From a virus, in IMG/VR virus record IMGVR_UViG_3300032240_001244, positions 1 to 64,000 of that record: DNA of 64,000 bases. The stretch is one strand, 5' to 3'. Under the pieces are notes generated by a model, which saw only the letters and a program-made list of their open reading frames with translations, made no database searches and was not told the DNA's origin. Made by a program: the position numbers and the translations under genes. Shown in pieces: positions 20,492 to 30,647 of this stretch (the first letter of the stretch is position 1; the number at the start of each line of letters is the position of its first letter).

Positions 20492-23400
20492 ATGTCCATA
20501 TTTAAAAGCACTTTCAAACCATATGTAGTACGTCAGATTAATACCAGACAGAATCTACTATCTGAAGTAAATAGGCCTGTGGATTTCGCACACTACGTAT
20601 CTAGCAAAGCTCCTTGGATAAGAATGACCTCTCTAGTAGATTATGGACCGGTAGGCAACGAAGGACCGGAACTAGCAAAAAAGTACATACTGATGGGAGG
20701 ATCTTTATACCATACTAGAGCAGGTGGGTATGCACAAAGACGTGGAGTAGGAGGAGCTGGTGCTACCTATGATGGTGATATTGGTACTAATCAATACGGT
20801 ATTCGACCAATGCCTGGTATAACTAGTATGAAAACTAGATCACTAGGAGCGTATGGATCTCTCACAGAAGCTACTATTAAATTTCAAGCTTGGGATGTAA
20901 AACAATTAGAGGATCTTACTGTATTGTTTATGAGGCCTGGCTATAAAGTAGTTTTAGAATGGGGTTGGTCAATGTATTTAGATACATCGGTTAATGGAGA
21001 AAGTTACAAGGCAAAAACAACTACAAACGCCTTGAATCAATCAGCCGGCAATTATAAAACACAGACTATGGTTTTTAATACCATAGATTGTTTTAACAGT
21101 AGTATAACGCAAGATGATCTATATAACCAATTAGATATATTGAGACATAGATATTCTGGAAATTATGACGGAGTTCTTGGATCAATAAAGAATTTTGATT
21201 ATACATTAATGCCTAATGGAGCATATGAATGTACCACAGTCCTTATTAGTATAGGGGATACTATAGATACTATAAGAATGAATGATACTATAGGAGTAAG
21301 TGTAGGCCCTAGAGATGTGGTTAAACTTGAAAATCCAAACGTAGATGATCAGTCTTTAGATACTGTAGATTATAGCGAAATAAAAAGTCAATTTGAGTTA
21401 TTAATGGATGAGTATTGTACTCTAAGTGATGATAATCCTAGGTCTAATTCTCAAAATATAACTGCTATTGATAGCACTATTAGAGACGTAGATAAGACAT
21501 ACATAGATCCTTTCATATATAAGTACAAGTCTGGATTTTCTGTAAGTCCGTCTAATGCATATCTAAGTACAGAAGAAGCAGCAAGAAAAGGACTTCAGGA
21601 AAATATATCTTATTGGGAAGATCCTTATAAAGTTAATAATAATGCAAATAATACTGAAACTTCTTTAGGGGGAAAACCAATTGGGATAAACAAAGAAGAA
21701 CAACAAGCAGCACCAGTATCTCAAGACAATCCGGGGGATAAAAGATCTTATTATTATATACAGTTTGCATATTTGTTGCACATATTAAATGTTTTTAAAA
21801 ATGTATTTGCTTCAAAAGAGCAGACTTTAGTAGATATAGAAATACCAGGAGATCCGTTAAAACCAGATTCTATATCTAATGGATTATGTCAAGCATCTTA
21901 TAACTCTATAAGCATAGATCCAAATGTGGCAATAATAAGAAATAGCAGAGCAAATTTATTCACAGACGTAGAAGGAAACAAAGCGTTTAGACCAGAAATT
22001 TTTAAAACAGAAACACAAGCCGTTTCTGGTATAGTAACAGCAGACTATAACTTAAAAGAGTATCTGTATGGTAATACTAATTTCGGTCAGATAGGGAACA
22101 TATATATTAACATAAAAGAAATAGTATCTATATATAAACAAGAATCAATATCAAATAGAGGATATGTTTATTTAGGAAAAGTTATTAATGAAGTCTTATC
22201 AAGAGCTGCCTTTTCTTTAGGTTCTATAAACGATTTTGATAAGTTTGTAAGAAATAATAAAATTGTTATTATAGACAAACACTATACAGAATTACCGGAA
22301 GATTCCTCATACAACTCTAAATTTAAAATAAATGTATCAGGAAATAACAGTATTGTAAGGAATCACAAAATAGAATCTAAGATATTCCCATCTCAAGCAA
22401 CTATGATAGCTATAGCTGCTCAAGATAGAGAGAATGTATCTGCAATACAAACATCTACTTACAATTATTTAAATAAAGGATTGAAGGATAGATTGTTTGT
22501 TAGCATAAATAATGCAAAAGTAGATACACAAGTATCAGAAATAGTAGCAAAAAGAAAAAAATTATCCTCAATACTATTACTCATACAGTATGTAAATAGT
22601 TATGTTATAGTAAATAAGAGTATAGGGGTGTATTATAATTCTAACATTGTAGCTATGAATGGGTATTTAAATACTCTATTGGTAGAAATGGAAGGAGGAA
22701 CTGATTATAAAGCAGTGGTCCCTATATCAGTAAACTTAACTATTGATGGGTTGTCTGGATTAACTATAGGGGAAATTTTTACTGTTGATAAAAAAGTACT
22801 TCCTAGAGATTATGAGTCAAAACATATTGGATTTATAGTAACTGGCATAACTAACGATATACTTACAAATGGATGGACAACTGAGTTAAGCTCACAAATG
22901 TGCATTTTAGATCAAGAAGAAAAACAGATATTATCTAAAATAAAAGGAGAGGAAGTTTTAAAAGATATATTGGAAGAAGCAGAAAATAAAAAAACAGAAA
23001 ATAGAACTGCTATTATATACTACAACATACTAGCTGCTTTGGTAATGGATTGTTTGTTAAACAGGTATAAAATTGAAACTCCTAGCGGTGTTGTAAGCAT
23101 AAGAAATGCTGCGGATCCTTTATATACAAAAATTGCAATTGGAGAATTTTCTAATGGTTTAGTTGATTTTGATTATGTTTTTAAAGATTTTAGTAGCGCT
23201 TATTTGAGGGCATTTCCACTTGCTGCGTACGATGCAAATAGAAAAATAGACTATAGAAGAGACAATATGAATAACCCAATAGTATTAACTAAGGTTATAT
23301 CTGAAATGTCTCTATATAAAGCCATGGGATCCGTCAATTCCGAAGTAGGTATGGCGTTTAATAATGAAGCCAATAAAGTTATAAGCGGAATACAAACCTA

Positions 23401-23734
23401 TATAATAAATCCAGATCCTACTATATCTGTATCCAAAGCATCTACCTTAGATAAGCTTATATGGTATCCTGTGTTTACCAGAGCTGGTGAGGCAGCTGCA
23501 ACGACTGGGAATGTGATTGGATCTATTTGGGAGTGGGTAAAAGGAAATGGATTTAACTATGATAGTAACATATTAAATGATAGGAATTTTATATATAAGA
23601 GAAATGAAACAGTAAATACAACTATCTATAAAATAGATGTAGATCGTGCTATAGATGTAAATACTGGATTATTAAAAGGACCTATTACTAGTTTCTTTAT
23701 TAGTGGGTATCAATATACAACACCTTCTTATTAA
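20492..23734 (+). CDS. Large baseplate hub/tail protein
   Basis: RPMPGITS, FMRPGYKVVLEWGWS, LTIDGLSG...WTTEL; follows LysM gene. Confidence 0.6.
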   Translation: MSIFKSTFKPYVVRQINTRQNLLSEVNRPVDFAHYVSSKAPWIRMTSLVDYGPVGNEGPELAKKYILMGGSLYHTRAGGYAQRRGVGGAGATYDGDIGTNQYGIRPMPGITSMKTRSLGAYGSLTEATIKFQAWDVKQLEDLTVLFMRPGYKVVLEWGWSMYLDTSVNGESYKAKTTTNALNQSAGNYKTQTMVFNTIDCFNSSITQDDLYNQLDILRHRYSGNYDGVLGSIKNFDYTLMPNGAYECTTVLISIGDTIDTIRMNDTIGVSVGPRDVVKLENPNVDDQSLDTVDYSEIKSQFELLMDEYCTLSDDNPRSNSQNITAIDSTIRDVDKTYIDPFIYKYKSGFSVSPSNAYLSTEEAARKGLQENISYWEDPYKVNNNANNTETSLGGKPIGINKEEQQAAPVSQDNPGDKRSYYYIQFAYLLHILNVFKNVFASKEQTLVDIEIPGDPLKPDSISNGLCQASYNSISIDPNVAIIRNSRANLFTDVEGNKAFRPEIFKTETQAVSGIVTADYNLKEYLYGNTNFGQIGNIYINIKEIVSIYKQESISNRGYVYLGKVINEVLSRAAFSLGSINDFDKFVRNNKIVIIDKHYTELPEDSSYNSKFKINVSGNNSIVRNHKIESKIFPSQATMIAIAAQDRENVSAIQTSTYNYLNKGLKDRLFVSINNAKVDTQVSEIVAKRKKLSSILLLIQYVNSYVIVNKSIGVYYNSNIVAMNGYLNTLLVEMEGGTDYKAVVPISVNLTIDGLSGLTIGEIFTVDKKVLPRDYESKHIGFIVTGITNDILTNGWTTELSSQMCILDQEEKQILSKIKGEEVLKDILEEAENKKTENRTAIIYYNILAALVMDCLLNRYKIETPSGVVSIRNAADPLYTKIAIGEFSNGLVDFDYVFKDFSSAYLRAFPLAAYDANRKIDYRRDNMNNPIVLTKVISEMSLYKAMGSVNSEVGMAFNNEANKVISGIQTYIINPDPTISVSKASTLDKLIWYPVFTRAGEAAATTGNVIGSIWEWVKGNGFNYDSNILNDRNFIYKRNETVNTTIYKIDVDRAIDVNTGLLKGPITSFFISGYQYTTPSY

Positions 23735-23742
23735 AATTAATA

Positions 23743-24258
23743 ATGTATTACCCTAAATCAGAAATAGCATTAGTATCAAGTACCACAGGTACACAACTTC
23801 TTGTAAAAAAGACTAAGAAACCATATACAGGGGATTACTATATAACTAATGATGGTAGATTTTTTTCTGGTAAAGAGTATACAGTTACTACTCAAGAATT
23901 AGTACCAATAATAAAAAACTCTATTAAAAACAATGATGTTAAATCTTACGACTTTCACTACGCAATGCCATCTGATGATGATTATAATAAAGGATTCTTT
24001 ATTCGATATACAATAAAAAGAGTAAATAGTGGATTTGAAACTATACTAGAAGTAGACCAAACAGAGTATGAAAGAGCTGTTAAAGATCCCTTATATTCAG
24101 CAGTAAAGTTTTCCTGGAAATTAACAGGACCATTGTACACAACCCAACAAGGAATTCCAGGAATTGTAAACACCAATCAAAAAACATTAGAAGGATTGGA
24201 AAAATCCATACCGGGCATAACAAATTATTTTACAAATTTGGCACAGTACGCAAAATAA
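23743..24258 (+). CDS. Hypothetical protein closing the baseplate operon
   Basis: 171 aa ORF starting MYYPKS. Confidence 0.65.
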   Translation: MYYPKSEIALVSSTTGTQLLVKKTKKPYTGDYYITNDGRFFSGKEYTVTTQELVPIIKNSIKNNDVKSYDFHYAMPSDDDYNKGFFIRYTIKRVNSGFETILEVDQTEYERAVKDPLYSAVKFSWKLTGPLYTTQQGIPGIVNTNQKTLEGLEKSIPGITNYFTNLAQYAK

Positions 24259-24269
24259 CCTTATCTTTG
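24237..24269 (+). promoter_or_regulatory. Bacteroidota-type primary sigma promoter (-33 TTTG, -7 TAnnTTTG)
   Basis: TTTG 24237-24240, 21 nt spacer, TATCTTTG 24262-24269. Confidence 0.7.
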
Positions 24270-24285
24270 TACAAAGGTTATAAAA

Positions 24286-25623
24286 GTGTATTACATAATA
24301 GAGACTGAAGAACAACTTCAGAAGTTTTCTACATACGATTTTACTAATTGTTTCATTGATGTAATTCCATCAAACGACAACTGCCACCCTAAACTGGCAG
24401 ACATTTCCTTATTATACATAAAGCCTTTTAGATCCAGAATGGGATTTATTCTATCCCTAGATCACACAGAAGCGTTTTCATTGTCTAAAGACTCTGTAGA
24501 GGCCTTTATAATCAATAAGCTTGGTAATATTTACGCTATTGATGGAAAGAGGATGAGATACTTCACCAAAAGAGATAACGCCTTATATTGTCTTAAAATG
24601 GCCAAGTATTTAGCTACTGGAGAAGTTATAGACGAGTCTAAATTCAATACAACAGCGCACAACTTCTTTTGTCAGAAGTATGAATATCGTTCTGACATAA
24701 ATAAGATTATCCCGATAGCTAAACATTTTGAAAAGTATGAAAAGCTAGTTGCTTCTATTAAGATAGATCAGGCTTGGTTAAAAACTAAGTACTATAAACT
24801 GTACGGAGATATAGCCCCTAGACTATTTAATTCCATCGAATCTAATGGAATTAGTATAAATAATGACGTATTTTTCATTCACTATACTCCAAAAGAGGCC
24901 TTAATGTCGGTTAAATCAGACAAAACCTATACTCAATATAACCTATATACAGCTACAGGCAGACCATCAAATGCATTTAATGGTATCAATTATGGAGCCA
25001 TTAACAAGACTGATGGTAGCAGAAAGTCTTTTATAGCCGGCAAAGATAGATTGGTTGAGTTTGATTACAGTTCGTATCATATTCGTATATTAGCGTATCA
25101 TATCGGATATGCTTTTGACGACGAAGACATCCATACTCATTTAGCCAAATACTATTTTGACAGTAAAGATATTACTAGATCTCAGTATGAAGAGAGTAAA
25201 GGATTGACTTTCAAACTTTTGTACACGGATTCAATTACAGAAGAGGTAAAAGATATACCTTTCTTTGCAAAAGTAAAAGAGTTTAAAGATCATTTATGGA
25301 GTGTTTATAAAAAACAGGGATATATTGAAAGTTTTTTATCAAAAAGACCAATTAGGGGTATAACTTCTAAGACCCAGGTTCTTCCTTTTATTTTACAAAA
25401 CTATGAAACTGAGAGAAATATTCTTGTTTTAAATGATATTTTTAAATATCTTTGCGATAAGAAGTCTAAATTGATCCTGTATAACTACGACTCTTTTCTT
25501 TTTGATTATAGTAAAGAGGATGGAAAACAGGCACTTTGTGACATACAGATGATTCTGGAACAGGATGGGTACAAAACATCTTGTAAATATGGCCAGAACT
25601 ATCAGGAAATGAAGAATTTATAA
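24286..25623 (+). CDS. Short divergent family A DNA polymerase-like protein
   Basis: TATGRPSN; motif A FDYSSYHIRILA; motif B SKGLTFKLLY; motif C YNYDSFLFD; degenerate N-terminal domain. Confidence 0.8.
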   Translation: MYYIIETEEQLQKFSTYDFTNCFIDVIPSNDNCHPKLADISLLYIKPFRSRMGFILSLDHTEAFSLSKDSVEAFIINKLGNIYAIDGKRMRYFTKRDNALYCLKMAKYLATGEVIDESKFNTTAHNFFCQKYEYRSDINKIIPIAKHFEKYEKLVASIKIDQAWLKTKYYKLYGDIAPRLFNSIESNGISINNDVFFIHYTPKEALMSVKSDKTYTQYNLYTATGRPSNAFNGINYGAINKTDGSRKSFIAGKDRLVEFDYSSYHIRILAYHIGYAFDDEDIHTHLAKYYFDSKDITRSQYEESKGLTFKLLYTDSITEEVKDIPFFAKVKEFKDHLWSVYKKQGYIESFLSKRPIRGITSKTQVLPFILQNYETERNILVLNDIFKYLCDKKSKLILYNYDSFLFDYSKEDGKQALCDIQMILEQDGYKTSCKYGQNYQEMKNL

Positions 25624-25653
25624 AATTTTACCGTTTTTATTAGATATTTATAT

Positions 25654-26088
25654 ATGCACAATAATATTTTTGATTTAACTTACGATTACTTGAACAAGCT
25701 TTTTTGCACGTTTACAAAAAAAGAAGACTTAAATGTCACCATATCTGATATAAAAACCAGATATGAAGTAATCTATTCTAAAATATTCATACTAGAAACG
25801 GACAATGACAATGAATATGTGTGCACATATAACATTGACAGCGACAATATCAATAAGAATAATGTCCTTCCTAACACAATCCTTATGCACCGCCGTAAAG
25901 AATGCAATGTTCTTTATACAATAAACTCTCTGAATAAGCTTATAGAATCTCTTAATGGCGGAGTTAGGGATAATAATTACAAGGTTAACTGGAAAGACTA
26001 TGAAAATAGCATACTGCTTACCCAGAAAGACCAGTTCGTACAACTTAAGACTAAGATCCACGATATAGTTAATGTGGATAAAAAATAA
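25654..26088 (+). CDS. Hypothetical phage protein
   Basis: NKLFCTF, HRRKECNVLYTINSLN; lies between PolA-like gene and SSB. Confidence 0.7.
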   Translation: MHNNIFDLTYDYLNKLFCTFTKKEDLNVTISDIKTRYEVIYSKIFILETDNDNEYVCTYNIDSDNINKNNVLPNTILMHRRKECNVLYTINSLNKLIESLNGGVRDNNYKVNWKDYENSILLTQKDQFVQLKTKIHDIVNVDKK

Positions 26089-26119
26089 TTTGGAATAGTA
26101 AATATATTCCTTACTTTTG
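26089..26119 (+). promoter_or_regulatory. Bacteroidota-type promoter
   Basis: TTTG 26089-26092, 19 nt spacer, TACTTTTG 26112-26119. Confidence 0.65.
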
Positions 26120-26145
26120 TTCTTCACTTTTAAAAAAAACAAGTT

Positions 26146-27018
26146 ATGTCCAAGATTGATTTGATCAAAGAAAGACTGAATAAGCTACAGTCTAAAAACT
26201 CAGGCTCTGCATTTGAAAAGATTGATTTCACAACAATTTTCTGGAAACCAAAGTTAGGTAAGCAAGTAGTTAGGATCTTACCTAGAAAAACAAACAAAGA
26301 CTTCCCATTTTCAGAAGTAAGCTTCCATCAGTACAACATTTTCAAAAAGAATGTTTACAGTCTTGAAAACTTCGGTGAGAAAGATCCGGTAGTTCAATTG
26401 ATGCGTGAACTTTATGATGAGAACACAGAAGAAAGCAAAGACTTGGCTCGTAAGCTTAGGCCTCGTACTAAATTCTTTGCACAAGTATTAGTTCGTGGTG
26501 AAGAAGGTTTGGGTGCTAGACTTTGGGAGTTTAACAAAACTACCTACGAGAAATTGCTTAGCATCATGGCTGATGATGATTTCGGTGATGTATCAGATGT
26601 AACAGAAGGTACTGATCTTACTGTAGAAGGTTACAATGATGTAATTAAGATTGGTAAGCGTGATGTAAACTATGTTGCCGTTAACGTAACTCCAAAGAGA
26701 AACATTTCTTCTATTTCTGAAGATGCTGCTCTGGTACAAAAAGTACTGGAAAATCAAAAAGAGATTACTGAAATTTACAAGAAGTACTCTTATGATGAAA
26801 TTAAGAAGATGCTTCATGATTACATTAATCCACAAGAAGCACAATCTGAAGAAGTCTCAACTCCTACAGTAGAGGCAGCAGCCCCTGTTGCATCAAATGA
26901 TGATGAGGATACTCCACCATTCGATGGTCCTTACAAATCAGTAACTCCTGAAGCAACAGCTCCAAAGCCTAGCTCAGTAGCGTCTAAGTTTGACGATTTA
27001 TTTGGAGAAGAAAATTAA
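26146..27018 (+). CDS. Single-stranded DNA-binding protein (T4 gp32-like)
   Basis: FWKP...VRILP, GEKDPV, EGTDL, acidic C-terminus KFDDLFGEEN. Confidence 0.8.
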   Translation: MSKIDLIKERLNKLQSKNSGSAFEKIDFTTIFWKPKLGKQVVRILPRKTNKDFPFSEVSFHQYNIFKKNVYSLENFGEKDPVVQLMRELYDENTEESKDLARKLRPRTKFFAQVLVRGEEGLGARLWEFNKTTYEKLLSIMADDDFGDVSDVTEGTDLTVEGYNDVIKIGKRDVNYVAVNVTPKRNISSISEDAALVQKVLENQKEITEIYKKYSYDEIKKMLHDYINPQEAQSEEVSTPTVEAAAPVASNDDEDTPPFDGPYKSVTPEATAPKPSSVASKFDDLFGEEN

Positions 27019-27030
27019 AAAAAATAACAT

Positions 27031-28149
27031 ATGGCAGATTCAAAGAACATTAAAGGTGCTGTAGCAAGCGCTTTAGGTAAAGGTGTATCCTTTAATTTAG
27101 AGAATTTTAAGAAATCAAAGAATTTAACTGAAAATATCGCCTATAAGAAACAAGAATGGATTCCATTATCAGAAGCTTTTCAACAGGCAATAAGTTTGCC
27201 AGGACTTCCTCATGGGCACGTTATTAATCTTAGAGGTCATAGTGATACCGGAAAAACTACAGCACTTATCGAAGCAGCTGTTAGCGTGCAGAAGATGGGC
27301 AAACTCCCAGTCTTTATCATCACTGAGATGAAATGGGATTGGAGTCATGCCAAGATCATGGGATTTGAAGTAGATACTAAAGTGAATCAAGTAGTAAATG
27401 AGGATACAGGAGAAGTTACTCAAACAATATCTTATGAAGGCAACTTTATTTACATAGATAAGGATAGTATAACTACCGTAGAAGATGTAGCTGCCTTTAT
27501 CATGGATTTACTTGATGAACAAGCAAAAGGAAAGCTTCCCTATGATCTTGTATTTCTTTGGGATTCAGTAGGATCCTTACCATGTAAGATGTCTATAGAA
27601 TCTAACAAAAATAATAATGAGTGGAACGCAGGAGCTATGTCTCAACAGTTTGGAAATTTTATAAATCAAAGAATTGTTGGTTCTAGAAAAGAAAGCTCTA
27701 AGTATACAAACACGCTTATTGCTGTAAACAAAGTATGGGTAGAAAAACCAACTACATATGGTGAGATGCCTAAGCTAAAGAACAAAGGAGGAAACACAAT
27801 GTTCTTTGACTCTACAATAGTAGTAACTTTTGGTAATTCTACTGGAGCAGGTACCAACAAGATCAAAGCCACTAAAAATGGTAAAGATGTTGAGTTTGCA
27901 AAAAGGACTAAGATTGCAGTGGACAAAAATCATATCAATGGTGTAACTACCACTGGTAAAATTATTGCAACTCCCCATGGATTTATCATAGATGATAAAA
28001 AATATATTGACGCTTATAAGAAAGAACATTCAGCAGAGTGGTTGAAAATTCTTGGAAGCGAAGACTTTGATATAATAGAAGAAATAGATAATGGTGATAT
28101 GATAGATAATCATGGAGATGCTACCATTAATAATTTAGGAAATGAATAA
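27031..28149 (+). CDS. RecA/UvsX-like recombinase
   Basis: Walker A GHSDTGKT, Walker B FLWDSVGSL, KGG..MFFDS. Confidence 0.85.
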   Translation: MADSKNIKGAVASALGKGVSFNLENFKKSKNLTENIAYKKQEWIPLSEAFQQAISLPGLPHGHVINLRGHSDTGKTTALIEAAVSVQKMGKLPVFIITEMKWDWSHAKIMGFEVDTKVNQVVNEDTGEVTQTISYEGNFIYIDKDSITTVEDVAAFIMDLLDEQAKGKLPYDLVFLWDSVGSLPCKMSIESNKNNNEWNAGAMSQQFGNFINQRIVGSRKESSKYTNTLIAVNKVWVEKPTTYGEMPKLKNKGGNTMFFDSTIVVTFGNSTGAGTNKIKATKNGKDVEFAKRTKIAVDKNHINGVTTTGKIIATPHGFIIDDKKYIDAYKKEHSAEWLKILGSEDFDIIEEIDNGDMIDNHGDATINNLGNE

Positions 28150-29179
28150 GGATAGACTCCTTGACATATTTTCTAAACTCAAAAACGATGAGAAGCCTAC
28201 TAATCTACACTACAATAGTAAAGTGTTGATTATAGATGGGATGAATACATTCCTTAGAAGCTTCGCAGTTGTTAATAGGATAAACCTAGCAGGTAATGAT
28301 GTAGGTGGGTTGATTGGATTTTTGAAATCACTTGGACATGCAATAAAACTGTTATCCCCGACTCGTGTAGTAATCGTCTTTGACGGTGAAGGCGGGTCGG
28401 GAAACAGAAAATATCTTTACAGCCAATACAAAGGAAATAGAGATACCGGGAGAATTATGAACTATAAATCCTTCCAGACAAAAGATGCAGAAGATGATTC
28501 CAAATACAACCAGATAACCAGACTGGTAGACTATCTACATTTTTTACCTGTGTCTTTACTATCTTTTGATAAGCTTGAGGCAGATGATGTAATGGGATAT
28601 TTAGCAGGAAGAATCTATAAAGATTATAAGGATTCTCAAGTATACCTCATGTCTTCAGACAATGACTTTATGCAGTTAGTAAACGATAGAGTTAAAGTAT
28701 ATAGTCCAACAAAGAAAAAGATATATGGGGTTGAGAATGTGTTAGAAGATTTTGGTATACATCCAGACAACTTCTTATTGTACAAAGCTCTAGTAGGAGA
28801 CACATCAGACAATATACCTGGAGTAAATGGATTAGGTGAAAAGAATGTAGTGAAGCTTTTTGAATTTATATCAAAGCCAGAAAGAAAAACATTACAGGAC
28901 GTTTATCAGGTATGCGAAAATCCCCCTAAGAAGTCAGCACTATATGAAAGAATATTGAATGTTAGTAAGCAAGTAGAAATTTTCTATAAGATTATGAACA
29001 TCATGGAACCTAATATATCTGAAGATACGATTGTAGAAATTATGGAAAAATACCATACTAAGGCTCCGGCTTTGAATAAGTATGATTTCATGAAACTATA
29101 TAATCATGATAAAATGGGAGATGCTATACCGCATTTAGATCTATGGATAAATTTATATTCCACATTGAACAATTATTAA
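28142..29179 (+). CDS. 5'-3' exonuclease (T4 RNase H/PolI N-terminal type)
   Basis: LIIDGMN, VFDG, YKGNR, EADD, SSDNDFMQL, GDTSDNIPGV.GLG. Confidence 0.92.
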   Translation: MNKDRLLDIFSKLKNDEKPTNLHYNSKVLIIDGMNTFLRSFAVVNRINLAGNDVGGLIGFLKSLGHAIKLLSPTRVVIVFDGEGGSGNRKYLYSQYKGNRDTGRIMNYKSFQTKDAEDDSKYNQITRLVDYLHFLPVSLLSFDKLEADDVMGYLAGRIYKDYKDSQVYLMSSDNDFMQLVNDRVKVYSPTKKKIYGVENVLEDFGIHPDNFLLYKALVGDTSDNIPGVNGLGEKNVVKLFEFISKPERKTLQDVYQVCENPPKKSALYERILNVSKQVEIFYKIMNIMEPNISEDTIVEIMEKYHTKAPALNKYDFMKLYNHDKMGDAIPHLDLWINLYSTLNNY

Positions 29180-29186
29180 ATAAGTT

Positions 29187-30539
29187 ATGACGCAGCAAAG
29201 ATTGACAAGTTATGGACATCAATTTCAAATAAAAGTTCTATACTCCTTACTAAACGACAAACAGTTTCTTCAAAACATAGCAGATGTGATCACAGCTGAG
29301 TATTTTGAATCTCCTGCTCACAAGTGGATTATTGGGACTATTCTTGAGTATTATAGCAAATATCATACGTACCCTACTATGGAAGTTCTCAAGATAGAAC
29401 TTAAGAAGGAGAAGAATGAAGTATTACAAATATCAATAAAGGAAGAACTTAAGCAAGCTTACACAGCAACTCAAGATGATATTGATTATGTAAAAGAAGA
29501 GTTCTTCAACTTTTGTAAAAACCAAAAGCTTAAGGATGCACTATTATCATCCGTAGACCTTCTTACAAGCGGAGAGTTTGAAGGAATCAGAAAGATCATT
29601 GACGAAGCACTGAGAGCAGGTGCTACAAAAGAAATAGGACACGAGTACGATAAGGATATCGAGTCCAGATTTAGAGAAGAAGAAGATAGGAAGATCCCAT
29701 TCCCATGGAAAGTATTTAACGATATTACAGATGGAGGAATAGGTGGAAGTAATCTAATGCTTCTGTTTGCACCTCCTGGTATTGGTAAATCTACTGTGGT
29801 TTGTAATATTGCATCTCACTGTCTTAAGATGGGATACAACGTAGTGTACTACACATTAGAGCTGGATGAAAGATATGTAGGCAAAAAAATTGACTCTATT
29901 CTTACTGGAGTAGAAGTTAAGATGCTAAAGTTTCACCGTAAAGAAGTAGAAACTGCCGTTAAAAACCTTAAGGGAAAGATTGTGATTAAGGAATATTCAC
30001 CTGGCAGGGCCTCCCTAAGCACTATAGAATCCCATATAAAGCAATTAGAAGCCAATAATGACTTCATCCCTGATTTGATTATAATAGACTACCCAGATCT
30101 TTTAAAGCCTCGTAAATCGAGGAAAGAAAGCAAAGAAGAACTAGATGACATCTACACTGATCTAAAAGGAATGGCTAAAGATCTTAAGATCCCATTTGTA
30201 TGCCCCTCTCAGATTAATCGTATGGGAGCCAAGGATGAGATCATTGAAGGAGATAAAGTAGCCGGAAGTTTCCAAAAGATGATGATTGCCGATCTAAGCG
30301 TATCATTGTCTAGGCGTAGAAAAGATAAAATAAATGGCACTGGAAGGTTCCACATCATGAAATCCAGACTAGGTCCAGATGGACAAACTTATGCCGCCAA
30401 AATAGACTTGAACAAAGGGTTTATTGATATATCAGAAGATCTTTATGAGGAAGAGTCTGATGGTGAGGACGTTGGGTCCAAAGGAGACTTTAGTTCAGAT
30501 GATATGTCTTTGCTAAAGAAAAAGTTCCTTAAAGCATAA
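29187..30539 (+). CDS. DnaB-like replicative helicase
   Basis: APPGIGKS, YTLEL, IIIDY, SQINR, KSRLG. Confidence 0.9.
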   Translation: MTQQRLTSYGHQFQIKVLYSLLNDKQFLQNIADVITAEYFESPAHKWIIGTILEYYSKYHTYPTMEVLKIELKKEKNEVLQISIKEELKQAYTATQDDIDYVKEEFFNFCKNQKLKDALLSSVDLLTSGEFEGIRKIIDEALRAGATKEIGHEYDKDIESRFREEEDRKIPFPWKVFNDITDGGIGGSNLMLLFAPPGIGKSTVVCNIASHCLKMGYNVVYYTLELDERYVGKKIDSILTGVEVKMLKFHRKEVETAVKNLKGKIVIKEYSPGRASLSTIESHIKQLEANNDFIPDLIIIDYPDLLKPRKSRKESKEELDDIYTDLKGMAKDLKIPFVCPSQINRMGAKDEIIEGDKVAGSFQKMMIADLSVSLSRRRKDKINGTGRFHIMKSRLGPDGQTYAAKIDLNKGFIDISEDLYEEESDGEDVGSKGDFSSDDMSLLKKKFLKA

Positions 30540-30647
30540 TCTCATAAGCATCAAAAAAGTGGCAAAAAAAAAGCTGAGCAAGTCAACTTTTTTTCCATTT
30601 TCAGTGGGTATTTATTTTTACCTTTACAAAAATTTAAAACAAAAAAC

